27,095 bases of DNA from a virus (Duplodnaviria > Caudoviricetes). Below are positions 8,066-17,123 of this stretch, piece after piece. The notes under the pieces are model-generated. The model did not search any database and was not told where the DNA came from. It saw only the letters and a list, made by a program, of their open reading frames with translations. The position numbers and the translations under genes are program-made. Where the stretch lies: the IMG/VR virus record IMGVR_UViG_3300020450_000080, positions 1 through 27,095 of that record; one strand, written 5' to 3'. Positions within the stretch are counted from its first letter, which is position 1. Each line of letters begins with the position of its first letter.

Positions 8066-8076
8066 GGAATTAATTA

Positions 8077-9669
8077 TTAACTGAAGGTGCCTCCATCAAT
8101 TGTATTACTCCAAGCAAGGTTATTTGAAGAACCAACTTGAAGAATTTGTCCTACATTATTAGTAGAGTCATAGCTTCCGAGTGGTAGTCTTGAGTAACCA
8201 CCATCTGCTCCATTTGCTCCAAATAGTATATCTCCATTTACAGTTTGAGAAATACCTTTTAGTCTTAAAGCATCTGAAGTAACTTGAATTGTTTTATCAT
8301 CAACAGCCACATTTAGAGTATTACCTGATTTAGTTAATGCTGTTCCAGCAGTTATTTGACCTGCTCCTGAGAACTGAGTAAATGTTAGTGCTGTACTACC
8401 AACTGTGATACTTCCTGTGTTTGTTAAAATGTAACCATTTTGAGCATTACTTGTACCTTCTTCAACAAATACAAAAGCCAGAGACGATACATCGCCAGTT
8501 TGGAAGTCTGATGCTCTTACTGCTGCTCCACTCGCTTGGACGACATATATACCGTTCTCTGACCCTGTAGTTTGATTTTTAAGTAAGACTCTATCTCCAG
8601 TTGCTAAAGTTACACCATCTAAAGTATCATTATTTTCTAATGCATTAGCGATTGTAGCATTAGCTGTTGAAGCTACTCTTACAGAATCTTTTACATCTAA
8701 GCCTTGTTTAACTGCATCAACATATTCTTTTGTTGCTAATGAGTTAGTACCAAATCCTGCCCTATCTTTATATCCACCAGGTACAGTAACTGTTCCTGTT
8801 CCATGTGGAGTTAAATTAACATTATTATTGCTTCCTGTAGTAGATAAAGTAGACCCGTCTAATTGTAAGTTATCAACAACTATAGAAGTTAAACCAGTAA
8901 ACTGTCCACTTGATAAACTAGCAGTTCCATCACTAATTGTAGTAAATGTACCTGCTCCTGCACTTGAACCACCAATAGTTGCTCCGTCAATAGTACCACC
9001 ATTAATATCTACAGTAGTAACTGTACCTAAATTACTAATAGCTGCTCCATTGAAGTTGATTGTTCCTGAAGCTGTTAAGTTAGTAAAGGTAGCAGCGCCT
9101 GCAGCACTTCCACCAATAGTAGTGCCATCAATTGCTCCACCATTAATATCAAAGTTTGTACCTGTAATTTCTGAAGAACCACCATCTAGTGTTTGACCTA
9201 AAGTAATCTTTTCTCCAGAGTTAGTAGTTACAAAACTCATGTAAGTATTATTATCTACTGATTTAATTACAAGAGAAGTTGAACTATTATCTATAATTTT
9301 TAACTCAGTTGCTTGAGTTGATGTATCTATTGTACCACCAGTTAAATCAAGGTCTAAGTTTTGTGCCGCTGTTAATACTATATCTCCACTTGTAGAAGTT
9401 AATGCATTTCCATTTAATTGTAAGTTATCAACTAATAAATTATCTATTTTGCTGTTTGAATCTACTACTATAGCTGAACTTGCTGTTAATGTACCAGCAG
9501 TATGGTCAACCAAATTTACATATACTTTACCACCGATTATGTCATTTGAGCTACCATTACCGATAAATAGTTTATCTGAATCGAATGAATACGCTAATTC
9601 ACCAGCACTTAAAGCTGACGATGGAGCGGCGGTACTCGTACTTCTTTTTATTTTTATTGTTTGTGCCAT
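8077..9669 (-). CDS. Proximal tail fibre / structural protein (530 aa) with Mtd_N-like N-terminus
   Basis: IKIKRS...P...LSAGELAYS....KLFIG; DINGG.IDG.TIGGS twice; VDNLQL.G twice; ATKEYVD...KDSVRVAST...DGVTLATGDRVLLKNQT...NGIY phage fibre domain; ends IDGGTFS. Confidence 0.8.
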   Translation of the reverse strand: MAQTIKIKRSTSTAAPSSALSAGELAYSFDSDKLFIGNGSSNDIIGGKVYVNLVDHTAGTLTASSAIVVDSNSKIDNLLVDNLQLNGNALTSTSGDIVLTAAQNLDLDLTGGTIDTSTQATELKIIDNSSTSLVIKSVDNNTYMSFVTTNSGEKITLGQTLDGGSSEITGTNFDINGGAIDGTTIGGSAAGAATFTNLTASGTINFNGAAISNLGTVTTVDINGGTIDGATIGGSSAGAGTFTTISDGTASLSSGQFTGLTSIVVDNLQLDGSTLSTTGSNNNVNLTPHGTGTVTVPGGYKDRAGFGTNSLATKEYVDAVKQGLDVKDSVRVASTANATIANALENNDTLDGVTLATGDRVLLKNQTTGSENGIYVVQASGAAVRASDFQTGDVSSLAFVFVEEGTSNAQNGYILTNTGSITVGSTALTFTQFSGAGQITAGTALTKSGNTLNVAVDDKTIQVTSDALRLKGISQTVNGDILFGANGADGGYSRLPLGSYDSTNNVGQILQVGSSNNLAWSNTIDGGTFS

Positions 9670-9688
9670 CTTTTTTCCTTATTGACTT

Positions 9689-10051
9689 CTAGAAGTTTCC
9701 ACCATCTAGCGTGTCCATTGTTCCAGTTGCTTGTGCAAGTGGAACGAATTCAAAATTATTTGTTGAAGTTTCTCTATAAACTTTTAATTGGTCATCATCA
9801 GTATCATACCATAAATCTCCTTCTGCTAAATTTGAACCTGAAGGAGTATTTGGTCCTCTAAAGAATTGGTCTGATAATACTTCTAAAGCATTTGCTAATG
9901 TTCCTTGTGGAATAGTATTATGTGCTTCTACGGTTACGTTCTCTGCTGTTGTAGAAGGAGATATTAAATCCAATGAAGTAGTGATTGTAGTGATTGTTTC
10001 ATTTAAAACTACACCAGTCCCTGATACTTCTTGAATCTCTACTATTATCAT
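9689..10051 (-). CDS. Putative fibre adaptor protein (120 aa)
   Basis: Coupled to the collar gene by an ATGA-type 4-bp overlap; P.....EGDLWYDTDDDQLKVY fibre motif; ends LDGGNF. Occupies the position of the N-terminal part of the T5 L-shaped fibre. Confidence 0.65.
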   Translation of the reverse strand: MIIVEIQEVSGTGVVLNETITTITTSLDLISPSTTAENVTVEAHNTIPQGTLANALEVLSDQFFRGPNTPSGSNLAEGDLWYDTDDDQLKVYRETSTNNFEFVPLAQATGTMDTLDGGNF

Positions 10052-10383
10052 CTAGTTACCTCTGGTGATACAGTTACCTGTCCTTGTAGTAATCTTGTTA
10101 CTACTCCTGCTGAAGTTGTTATTTCTAGGTCATACACATAAATTCCTTCTTCTAACGCTGCAGTAGCTGTTGCTGTTGCACTTATACTTAAAATACCTTG
10201 TGTAGCATTTATTACTGCGGCAGTCATACTTAAAGCTACAGTTGATGAGTCATAGGTACTTCTTAACTGCATTGCTGCAGTATGCCCTGTTAAATTAAGA
10301 GGCGAATTATTCTCCTTAACAGTCATCTGTCTATTGAATGTTGCGCCTTGATTTAATGTAAAATTGTATATTCCTGCTGACAT
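10048..10383 (-). CDS. Collar protein for side-fibre attachment (T5 p132/LtfC-like)
   Basis: PLNLTG...AAVINATQGILSIS...YVYDLEIT...RLLQGQVTVSPEVT resembles T5 p132 as I recall it (PVDLT...AIVDAAQGVASIS...YYDVIIT...RIMEGKVYISDGVT); syntenic position. Confidence 0.8.
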   Translation of the reverse strand: MSAGIYNFTLNQGATFNRQMTVKENNSPLNLTGHTAAMQLRSTYDSSTVALSMTAAVINATQGILSISATATATAALEEGIYVYDLEITTSAGVVTRLLQGQVTVSPEVTR

Positions 10384-10406
10384 TTATATATTTCTCCAAT
10401 TATAGA

Positions 10407-10435
10407 ATTATACTAAAAATTTGACCAAATGTCAA
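10407..10435 (-). promoter_or_regulatory. Consensus sigma70 promoter upstream of the side-fibre module
   Basis: TTGACA (10435-10430), 17-bp spacer, TATAAT (10412-10407); AAAAATA tract upstream; GGAGA at 10397-10393 before the ATG at 10383. Confidence 0.9.
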
Positions 10436-10554
10436 ATGTTATTTTTGATAGGTATGACTTTTTAAGTCTGGGAGGGGACTTTGGTATTTTTATGGTAAAA
10501 GTTTTTTGGTTGATATAAGTATGTAATCCAAATGAAAAATTTAGATTTAGTCGT

Positions 10555-11004
10555 CTAGCTTGGTGGAGTCGGAAACTCTATTTGAATTCGTTTTAAACTT
10601 TTATCATATGTATCAGGCAAATTACGTAAAGCCTGTCTATAAGTAGCCCACTCAGCTTTTTTAGAGTCAGATAAAGGACTATCTGCAGCCTGTGTCCAAT
10701 CAGTAGACTGAAGTATCCTATCTCTATCTTGTCTAACCATAGCTAAAGTATCCTCAGGAGTTTCAACTTTTGCTTCTTTATCAAGAAAAACTACAGGGTT
10801 AGTTATAGGTAATTGTACTTTATCATATGCTTCAAGGTCGATTAAAGCATCTACAAGTACTAAATCTTCCTCAGAGGCTAAAAATTTCATATCCTTTATA
10901 GTTTTTCCTTCAGGAAACTCATTTGGTATATAAGTCATTCCTTGCCCTATGATAACTCCAGTTGTTTTATTATAAATTATAATGTTTTTAAGTTCTTCTG
11001 TCAT
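10555..11004 (-). CDS. Tail fibre assembly chaperone-like protein (Tfa / phage tail assembly chaperone family)
   Basis: C-terminal VRQDRDRILQSTDWTQAADSPL...EWATYRQALRNLP...FPTPP signature. Confidence 0.85.
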   Translation of the reverse strand: MTEELKNIIIYNKTTGVIIGQGMTYIPNEFPEGKTIKDMKFLASEEDLVLVDALIDLEAYDKVQLPITNPVVFLDKEAKVETPEDTLAMVRQDRDRILQSTDWTQAADSPLSDSKKAEWATYRQALRNLPDTYDKSLKRIQIEFPTPPS

Positions 11005-14000
11005 TACGCTTTCCTAAAATTTGTTGAACTAATAAAGGCTCTAACACTTGGAATCTGAGTACCAAATTTAAAAATATCGTGCATAAAAGCAAAAGTATTA
11101 AAAACATGATATTTATTTGCTGTTAAGGTGAATTCTCTAGCTCTAGTATGTAAGAAATCTGCGTTAACTCCTACTACAGCATCACTTTGATTTTGATTAG
11201 TATTAGTGATTGAAGAGTCAAAAAAAGAAGTATTTTCACTAAAACTAGTAACAGAAGCGCAAGTTCTATGTTGTCCTGCCTGTCCAAAAAACTCAAAACC
11301 AAAAATAAAACTATAGGTACCACTAAATTCAGGTCTAAAATTAAATTGAACAATTGGTCTTAAAAGAGCGGGCAACCTGTAAGTAAGACCAGAACCATCA
11401 GTAATTTGTTGATTAAAATGCACCCCCGAAGCATCTCTATGAAAGGGTGATGCTGCACCAAAACTTTGGAACCATATGTTTGTATTAGTAGAGGTAGAAT
11501 ATAAATATCCAGGTTGGGTTGCAGGGTTAGTTAATTGAAGAGTAGTAGTTCCTACAAACCCTGTAGTAGATACTACTGATTTATCTTGTACACGCAAAGT
11601 ACCAGTACTAATAGAAGCCGCATTTATGTTTGTCATAGTCATATTGCTACCATTAAAAGTACCCCCACTAATTCTAGTAGCGCTAAGATTTCCAGCTGTT
11701 ATTGCATTTGCATTTATAGTTCCATTTGCGGTAACATTTCCTTCAAATGTAGCATTTCCACTACTATCTATACTAAACTGTTTTGAGTCTATTTGTCCAT
11801 TTGCTAAATTAATTCTTGAGCCTACAACAGCAGATGTATTTGAATTTTGTGCAAAGTTTGTTGATTCTAAATTTATAGCCTTTATAGTACCAGTAGTAAT
11901 ATTATCTCCATTTATAGTTGTTGTACCTGATGTTGATAAATCTGTAAAGACTACAACATCTGTAAAATTAATAAATGTTGAAGGAGTTCCAAATGTTAAA
12001 TTGCTTCCACTTGATATACCTGCTCCAGCTGAGTTTTCAACTGCTGTAAAATCAGCTAACCAATACTTTGGAGTTGTATCTCCAGGGTCTGCTTCAGGTG
12101 GAGTCTTTTGCCATGTACCAGTTGCGCCATAAGAAGTAGTTCCACTATCAAGTCCTGTAAATGCTCCTGTTCCAAAAGTAAAAACTGCGTTATTATCTGC
12201 ATCAACAGCACCTGGACTAGTAGCTGAATCAAGACTAAAATAAACTGCCCCTGTTGTTGTTCGTATACCTGCAGTACCTGCTATTCCTTGTTTTATTATT
12301 CCTATCGTTGCTATTGCTGTGAAAGTTTCTCCACCTTCAGTTAGAGTTGCTTTTACAATTTTAGGAGTATCTGTACTTACAAAAGTACTTGCATCTATAG
12401 TTGCACTAACTCCATTAATACTTACACTTCCATCAGTAAATGCACCATTTCCACTTCTTGCTGTTCCATCAGCATCTAATAATTGTATTGTAGGTGTTCC
12501 TGACAAATTTCTTTTTGTAACTGTAAAGGTTGTGTCTTGTCCTGTACCGCTCGGGTCTAAAGCTGCAGAGCCATCAAAGTTTATGGTAAGGTTTTGTCTA
12601 TCAAATCCAAAAGAAGGGTCAAGTAATTTTGATACTCCTGCAACTCCACTTGTATTATTTGGGGCATAAGCACTATGAAGAACTCGTCTACCATTTGTAA
12701 CAGAAGTATGTATTCGTTTATGTCTTACCCAAAAATTTCTATTACTAAATTCTCCGATTAAAAATTCTGCCGATGTTGCATTATCAACTGTTGCTATTAG
12801 TACTGCATTGTTTAAATTTGAAGTAGAAGCATAAATTTCTGTACTATCAGTTACCTCTTTAAAGTTTGTAGCATTTGTCCAAGATATTGCAAAAAATCCT
12901 GGTTTAGATGATGATACAGTTAAATTAGTTGGAGCTCCAGGAGCTTTTATTGTTGAGTCTACTCCTGAGTCTTGACTGTAAATCGCAGCTCTTCGTTGCT
13001 TACTTATAATATATGGAGAGTCATCATACTCTATTGCTTTTATTGTTACTGTGCAATCTGCTTGAAAGTTTAAATTTATTATTCTAAATAATTTATTTAC
13101 AAAACCAAAAGGCTCATAAGTTAGTCCAAAAACTTGACCTGGTTTTATTAGTAATCCTTTTTGTCCAACTCTAAATGAAATTTCTTTTTGATACCTTGTT
13201 TCTGTCAATGCTTTTTCTGCATTTATTCTTCCATTAAAGTAATTAGTTATACCACTAAATGCTAACGATTGAGTTTTTCTAACATTTCTATCGCCCTCTA
13301 AATATTTGTCATTTAGAAATGTTACACTTCGACCTTCAAAGTGTATAGCAGGGTCAGGTATTGATGCTTTTACAACATTCTTAGAATTTTTATTTGAATT
13401 ATCTGTGAGTTTAATATCGCCAATAATATCTGAATGTTCTATAAAGTAAGGATTTATATTTTCTTTGTATGTAGTACCATTAAAAGTATTAGCAGATACT
13501 GGAGCAGAAACTTGAGTTTCTATATCTAATACATACTGACCTTTTTCATAAGAAAGAAAACCATTAAAGTGTGCTAACATCATATTTACATTTGCAAATA
13601 CTGATTTACTTGTATCTAATAGAAAGTTTGTTTGGTGTCTAGTTACCCATCTTTGATGATGGTGTTCCCAGCCTAAGTATCTCCAGTATTTAATAAAATC
13701 AGAATCATATAGTTCATATCGAGCTGAGAAACTTTTATCAAAAGTCAAAGTTGTTGAGCCATCAGTTAAAGTTAAATTTGCTCCACCACTCAAAGGTGCT
13801 ACAAAACTACCTTCATTAAACTCTTGAGCAGGACTGGAAGTCAGCGTGCTTGGAGTAGCTTGTGTAAATTGGTAGAATCCTGCAGCACCGCTTGCTCCAG
13901 ACGGTGGATTTGTCTCAAGTATGACATCTCCCTTTTCATATGTTCTATAATTATTATGAAGGTGATATAATTTACCTGTACACTCTGTAAAAGTTACTAA

Positions 14001-17000
14001 ATTAGTTGTTGAATTAAAACTTTTTACTTTACCTGAAAAAGGAGGATTACAACCTGTAACATTTCCAGGATTAAATACATATCTATTTCCAATAGTAGGT
14101 GTACCCCCTGTTAGTTTTATAGTTACATCTGAGCGTACATCACAAAGTCGTGCAGAAGTTATAAAACTACTTAAATCCATATCTGTATTTAGGTCTAATC
14201 CTTTACCATAAATACGATTAGTCATATAATCTAAAAGTTGCATAGCAGGATTATTACCAGCTCGTAAATCGCTTCCACTTCCTGTTATTGTAAAAGTATG
14301 AATTGGTAAAGGAGCAAACATAAAAGGAGTTTCTATTGTTACTTTATTTGTTGAAGTATTAAAAGCTGTTATCTTTCTACGCTCTCCAGTTTCCTCTATT
14401 TTTAAAAATTGACCTACTATTTGATTTGCATTTGTTAAACTACTAATGGCAGAAACAGAACTAAAGTCAAATATTTTTGAATTTTGAAGGGCAACAGGTG
14501 TATCAGTACTAATTGAGGCAGTAAAGTTTCTTGAGTTTGTAAAAGTTAAAGTGTTTCCTGAGATACTAACTGTAAATGCTCCATGTTTAAAATTTTCTAA
14601 GTTTCCTCCAATATCATCTCCTGCAGTTTGTGAAACCATTTGAACCTGATTTGTACCTGTTAAATTTCCTAGTGAAGCTACTGTTACGGTTAGTTTATCA
14701 TTTGAGAAACTTAGTGAACTTGCATTTACTCTTTGGTCAGGAAAAGCTGTTGGAGTTCTTACAACTCCTGCATTCCACGGTAGCATTGTCCAATTACCTG
14801 CTCCTATTTTATTTATTCGTATTTTATCATAAAGGGGTCTGCCGTTTGGAGCTACTAAAGTGCTTCCATCAACTCTAAAAAATGGAGCAACATCAAGTCT
14901 GAATCTGTATGATTCATTTCCTAATCTATCCGTAACTTCATATCTATCCATAACTCTGAATTGAGTGCCGCCAGAACTTGTTTTTGCAGTTTCATAGCTT
15001 GAACCTCCATTATAACTAACTTCTACCCCTACAGTATCATTTTCATATATTGGTAAAGTATCCCCATTTTGACTAGTTGCTGGGTCAGGCACATATGTAT
15101 TATCATAATTATAATTTTCATAAACTTTTCCTTTGACTGTATATTCTAACTCTGGAAGTTCAGTCATTTCTTCATTTATGTTGTATTCAGTTAAGACATA
15201 TGCAGTATCTAATAATCTATGGTTAGGACTCCAGTAAGGAAGATTTCCAGTATAAAAATCAGATTGTCTTTTAAAATCATTAGTTTTTGCCAAAGCTACT
15301 AGCTTGCTTAAAGCTGATTGGTCTTCTATTCCTCTCATAAAACTAATGGCAAAGTCAAAATCATCTCCAAAAACAGCTTTAAAGTTTACATTTTCTCTGT
15401 GTTGTAGTCCATCAGCATTTCCAACAGTAGAGTTACTTTGGTCAAAAGCACTTGATTCAATAGTATTTACTACTGGAGCACTTGCAGTTCCACCATCAAA
15501 TCCTATAGGAGTTGTTCCTTCTAAACTAATAACTGGTATGTCAATCTGTGGCTCTATTTGATTTAGAGAGCCTCCAACTGTGGGGTCAGGCTTATAACTT
15601 TGATTATCATCATTCTCTACGGTGGTTGAATTTGTATTAACTGTAAAAATATCTACTCCTCCAAGAGTATCTCCTCGACTCATTCTACCGAAACATACCA
15701 TTTTTGAATCATCTTTATTTGTTCCAGTGTTAGCATTTCTAGTTAAAAAATCAGTTTCATCAACACAAATTATACTTGTATCATCAATATGAGCATTAAA
15801 TACTCCATGCATTTCTCCTTCTGCTAAAGCATAAACTACGAATATTTTTCGAGCGTCGTTTTTATCAGTATCAGCAAATACAGGTATTCCTTCAATTTTT
15901 CTTACTCCATATACGAGAGGAATACTTGCTGCTTTCATTCCTATATCTAAATTTACTTTTTCATTATGAACTATTTCTTCTTCGTATTCTTCTATTCCAT
16001 AGTTTTTTCCACCAAATATTCCTCGTAAGCCTCCTGCTCGACTTGATACACTTCTAAAGTTTCTTCGTTTTTCTATTCGTTGATACTCAGCAAGAGTTGC
16101 AAGTGATGTTTCTGCATGTAAAAATCCTAAGTCTGCTGCATGAGCAGGTCTTAGTGCTTGTAGGGGATTTGGTTTTTCTTCTGCATTTAATCCTCTTTGA
16201 GCAGAGTCTGAAGTTATTCTTCCTCTTATTTCATTAAAATCTCCCCAATGACTTGTTAAAGCCCAACTCACAGTTGAACCTTTTGATTTTTCATTTAGAG
16301 TACAACTACTTATGATTCCTTTAAATGTAAGTATGCCGTTTATAGAATTTGTATCATTTACTCCATGAACATCGCCTGTTTCTGGGTCAATAAAAATTTT
16401 ATAAACAAATACTTCCCTATTAAAAAATGTAGGAGAAGCTAAATCATTACTTTCTATTGCTAAAACTCCTCTAAGTTCATCGGATTCTAAAGTAATTGTA
16501 AATGCTTCGGTAATATTGGAACTTGGAAATCCAATATCAAAAAATCCAGTTGAATTATCATTTCCAGTCTTTGCTAGTGTTAAAGTTTGATTTGAGTTTG
16601 AAAAACCAGTGATAATATATTTTGCTGAAGAAGTAGAATTAGTGCCGTCTGTTATTACTGTACCACTATTTCTTGATATAGATACTAAATCTCCTTCACG
16701 AAAGCCTTGTTCTACAAAATCAAATACTTCAGTAGTAAATCCTGATTGATAAGCAAAAGTTCCATTAGTTGAAAACTGAGCTGTAATACTTACAGAAGTA
16801 TTTAAATGTTCTGCTCCTAAAACCAGATTCATAGTTGTAGATTTTGCTTGAATTGTTTCAGAATAAGAGCCAAGTGATTTTATTCTATTTGCTCTATAAA
16901 TTTGTGCTCCATTTGCATTTCCATCTTGGTCTGTGCTTCCATCATCAAAACTTATATCTCTTGAAGCATCAGTAAAGTATGCATATCGATTTGCATTTGT

Positions 17001-17123
17001 TCTAAATCCTAAATTATCAGGCGCATTTGGTCTTTCAAACTTTATAAGGTGAGCGTACTCAAATGGAGCATTTGAGATTAATACGGTTTCTATATCGGTA
17101 TTTATATCTTTTTTAACAGACAT
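11004..17123 (-). CDS. pb3: Baseplate hub / tail tip protein (T5 pb3-like) extended by an FnIII domain and a central-fibre-like C-terminus, 2039 aa
   Basis: Follows Dit. Hub motifs YFTDASRDI, IPLVYG, NNPAMQLLDYMTN.IYGKGL, IKAIEYDDSPY; FnIII-like APGAPTNLTV...ISWT near aa 1393; INGDNITTGTI / ANAITAGNLSA beta-repeats. Confidence 0.85.
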   Translation of the reverse strand: MSVKKDINTDIETVLISNAPFEYAHLIKFERPNAPDNLGFRTNANRYAYFTDASRDISFDDGSTDQDGNANGAQIYRANRIKSLGSYSETIQAKSTTMNLVLGAEHLNTSVSITAQFSTNGTFAYQSGFTTEVFDFVEQGFREGDLVSISRNSGTVITDGTNSTSSAKYIITGFSNSNQTLTLAKTGNDNSTGFFDIGFPSSNITEAFTITLESDELRGVLAIESNDLASPTFFNREVFVYKIFIDPETGDVHGVNDTNSINGILTFKGIISSCTLNEKSKGSTVSWALTSHWGDFNEIRGRITSDSAQRGLNAEEKPNPLQALRPAHAADLGFLHAETSLATLAEYQRIEKRRNFRSVSSRAGGLRGIFGGKNYGIEEYEEEIVHNEKVNLDIGMKAASIPLVYGVRKIEGIPVFADTDKNDARKIFVVYALAEGEMHGVFNAHIDDTSIICVDETDFLTRNANTGTNKDDSKMVCFGRMSRGDTLGGVDIFTVNTNSTTVENDDNQSYKPDPTVGGSLNQIEPQIDIPVISLEGTTPIGFDGGTASAPVVNTIESSAFDQSNSTVGNADGLQHRENVNFKAVFGDDFDFAISFMRGIEDQSALSKLVALAKTNDFKRQSDFYTGNLPYWSPNHRLLDTAYVLTEYNINEEMTELPELEYTVKGKVYENYNYDNTYVPDPATSQNGDTLPIYENDTVGVEVSYNGGSSYETAKTSSGGTQFRVMDRYEVTDRLGNESYRFRLDVAPFFRVDGSTLVAPNGRPLYDKIRINKIGAGNWTMLPWNAGVVRTPTAFPDQRVNASSLSFSNDKLTVTVASLGNLTGTNQVQMVSQTAGDDIGGNLENFKHGAFTVSISGNTLTFTNSRNFTASISTDTPVALQNSKIFDFSSVSAISSLTNANQIVGQFLKIEETGERRKITAFNTSTNKVTIETPFMFAPLPIHTFTITGSGSDLRAGNNPAMQLLDYMTNRIYGKGLDLNTDMDLSSFITSARLCDVRSDVTIKLTGGTPTIGNRYVFNPGNVTGCNPPFSGKVKSFNSTTNLVTFTECTGKLYHLHNNYRTYEKGDVILETNPPSGASGAAGFYQFTQATPSTLTSSPAQEFNEGSFVAPLSGGANLTLTDGSTTLTFDKSFSARYELYDSDFIKYWRYLGWEHHHQRWVTRHQTNFLLDTSKSVFANVNMMLAHFNGFLSYEKGQYVLDIETQVSAPVSANTFNGTTYKENINPYFIEHSDIIGDIKLTDNSNKNSKNVVKASIPDPAIHFEGRSVTFLNDKYLEGDRNVRKTQSLAFSGITNYFNGRINAEKALTETRYQKEISFRVGQKGLLIKPGQVFGLTYEPFGFVNKLFRIINLNFQADCTVTIKAIEYDDSPYIISKQRRAAIYSQDSGVDSTIKAPGAPTNLTVSSSKPGFFAISWTNATNFKEVTDSTEIYASTSNLNNAVLIATVDNATSAEFLIGEFSNRNFWVRHKRIHTSVTNGRRVLHSAYAPNNTSGVAGVSKLLDPSFGFDRQNLTINFDGSAALDPSGTGQDTTFTVTKRNLSGTPTIQLLDADGTARSGNGAFTDGSVSINGVSATIDASTFVSTDTPKIVKATLTEGGETFTAIATIGIIKQGIAGTAGIRTTTGAVYFSLDSATSPGAVDADNNAVFTFGTGAFTGLDSGTTSYGATGTWQKTPPEADPGDTTPKYWLADFTAVENSAGAGISSGSNLTFGTPSTFINFTDVVVFTDLSTSGTTTINGDNITTGTIKAINLESTNFAQNSNTSAVVGSRINLANGQIDSKQFSIDSSGNATFEGNVTANGTINANAITAGNLSATRISGGTFNGSNMTMTNINAASISTGTLRVQDKSVVSTTGFVGTTTLQLTNPATQPGYLYSTSTNTNIWFQSFGAASPFHRDASGVHFNQQITDGSGLTYRLPALLRPIVQFNFRPEFSGTYSFIFGFEFFGQAGQHRTCASVTSFSENTSFFDSSITNTNQNQSDAVVGVNADFLHTRAREFTLTANKYHVFNTFAFMHDIFKFGTQIPSVRAFISSTNFRKA

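Noticed and set aside
1095-9669. Diversity-generating retroelement suggested by the Mtd_N-like domains
   Set aside because: No reverse transcriptase and no template/variable repeat pair with adenine-specific mismatches seen. The 6678..7316 duplication differs mainly at synonymous sites of all base types. A DGR elsewhere in the genome cannot be excluded.
13640-13690. WEHHHQRWVTRH His cluster in the hub as a possible metal site
   Set aside because: Single occurrence in the hub region rather than repeated HxH motifs in a fibre tip; not enough support.
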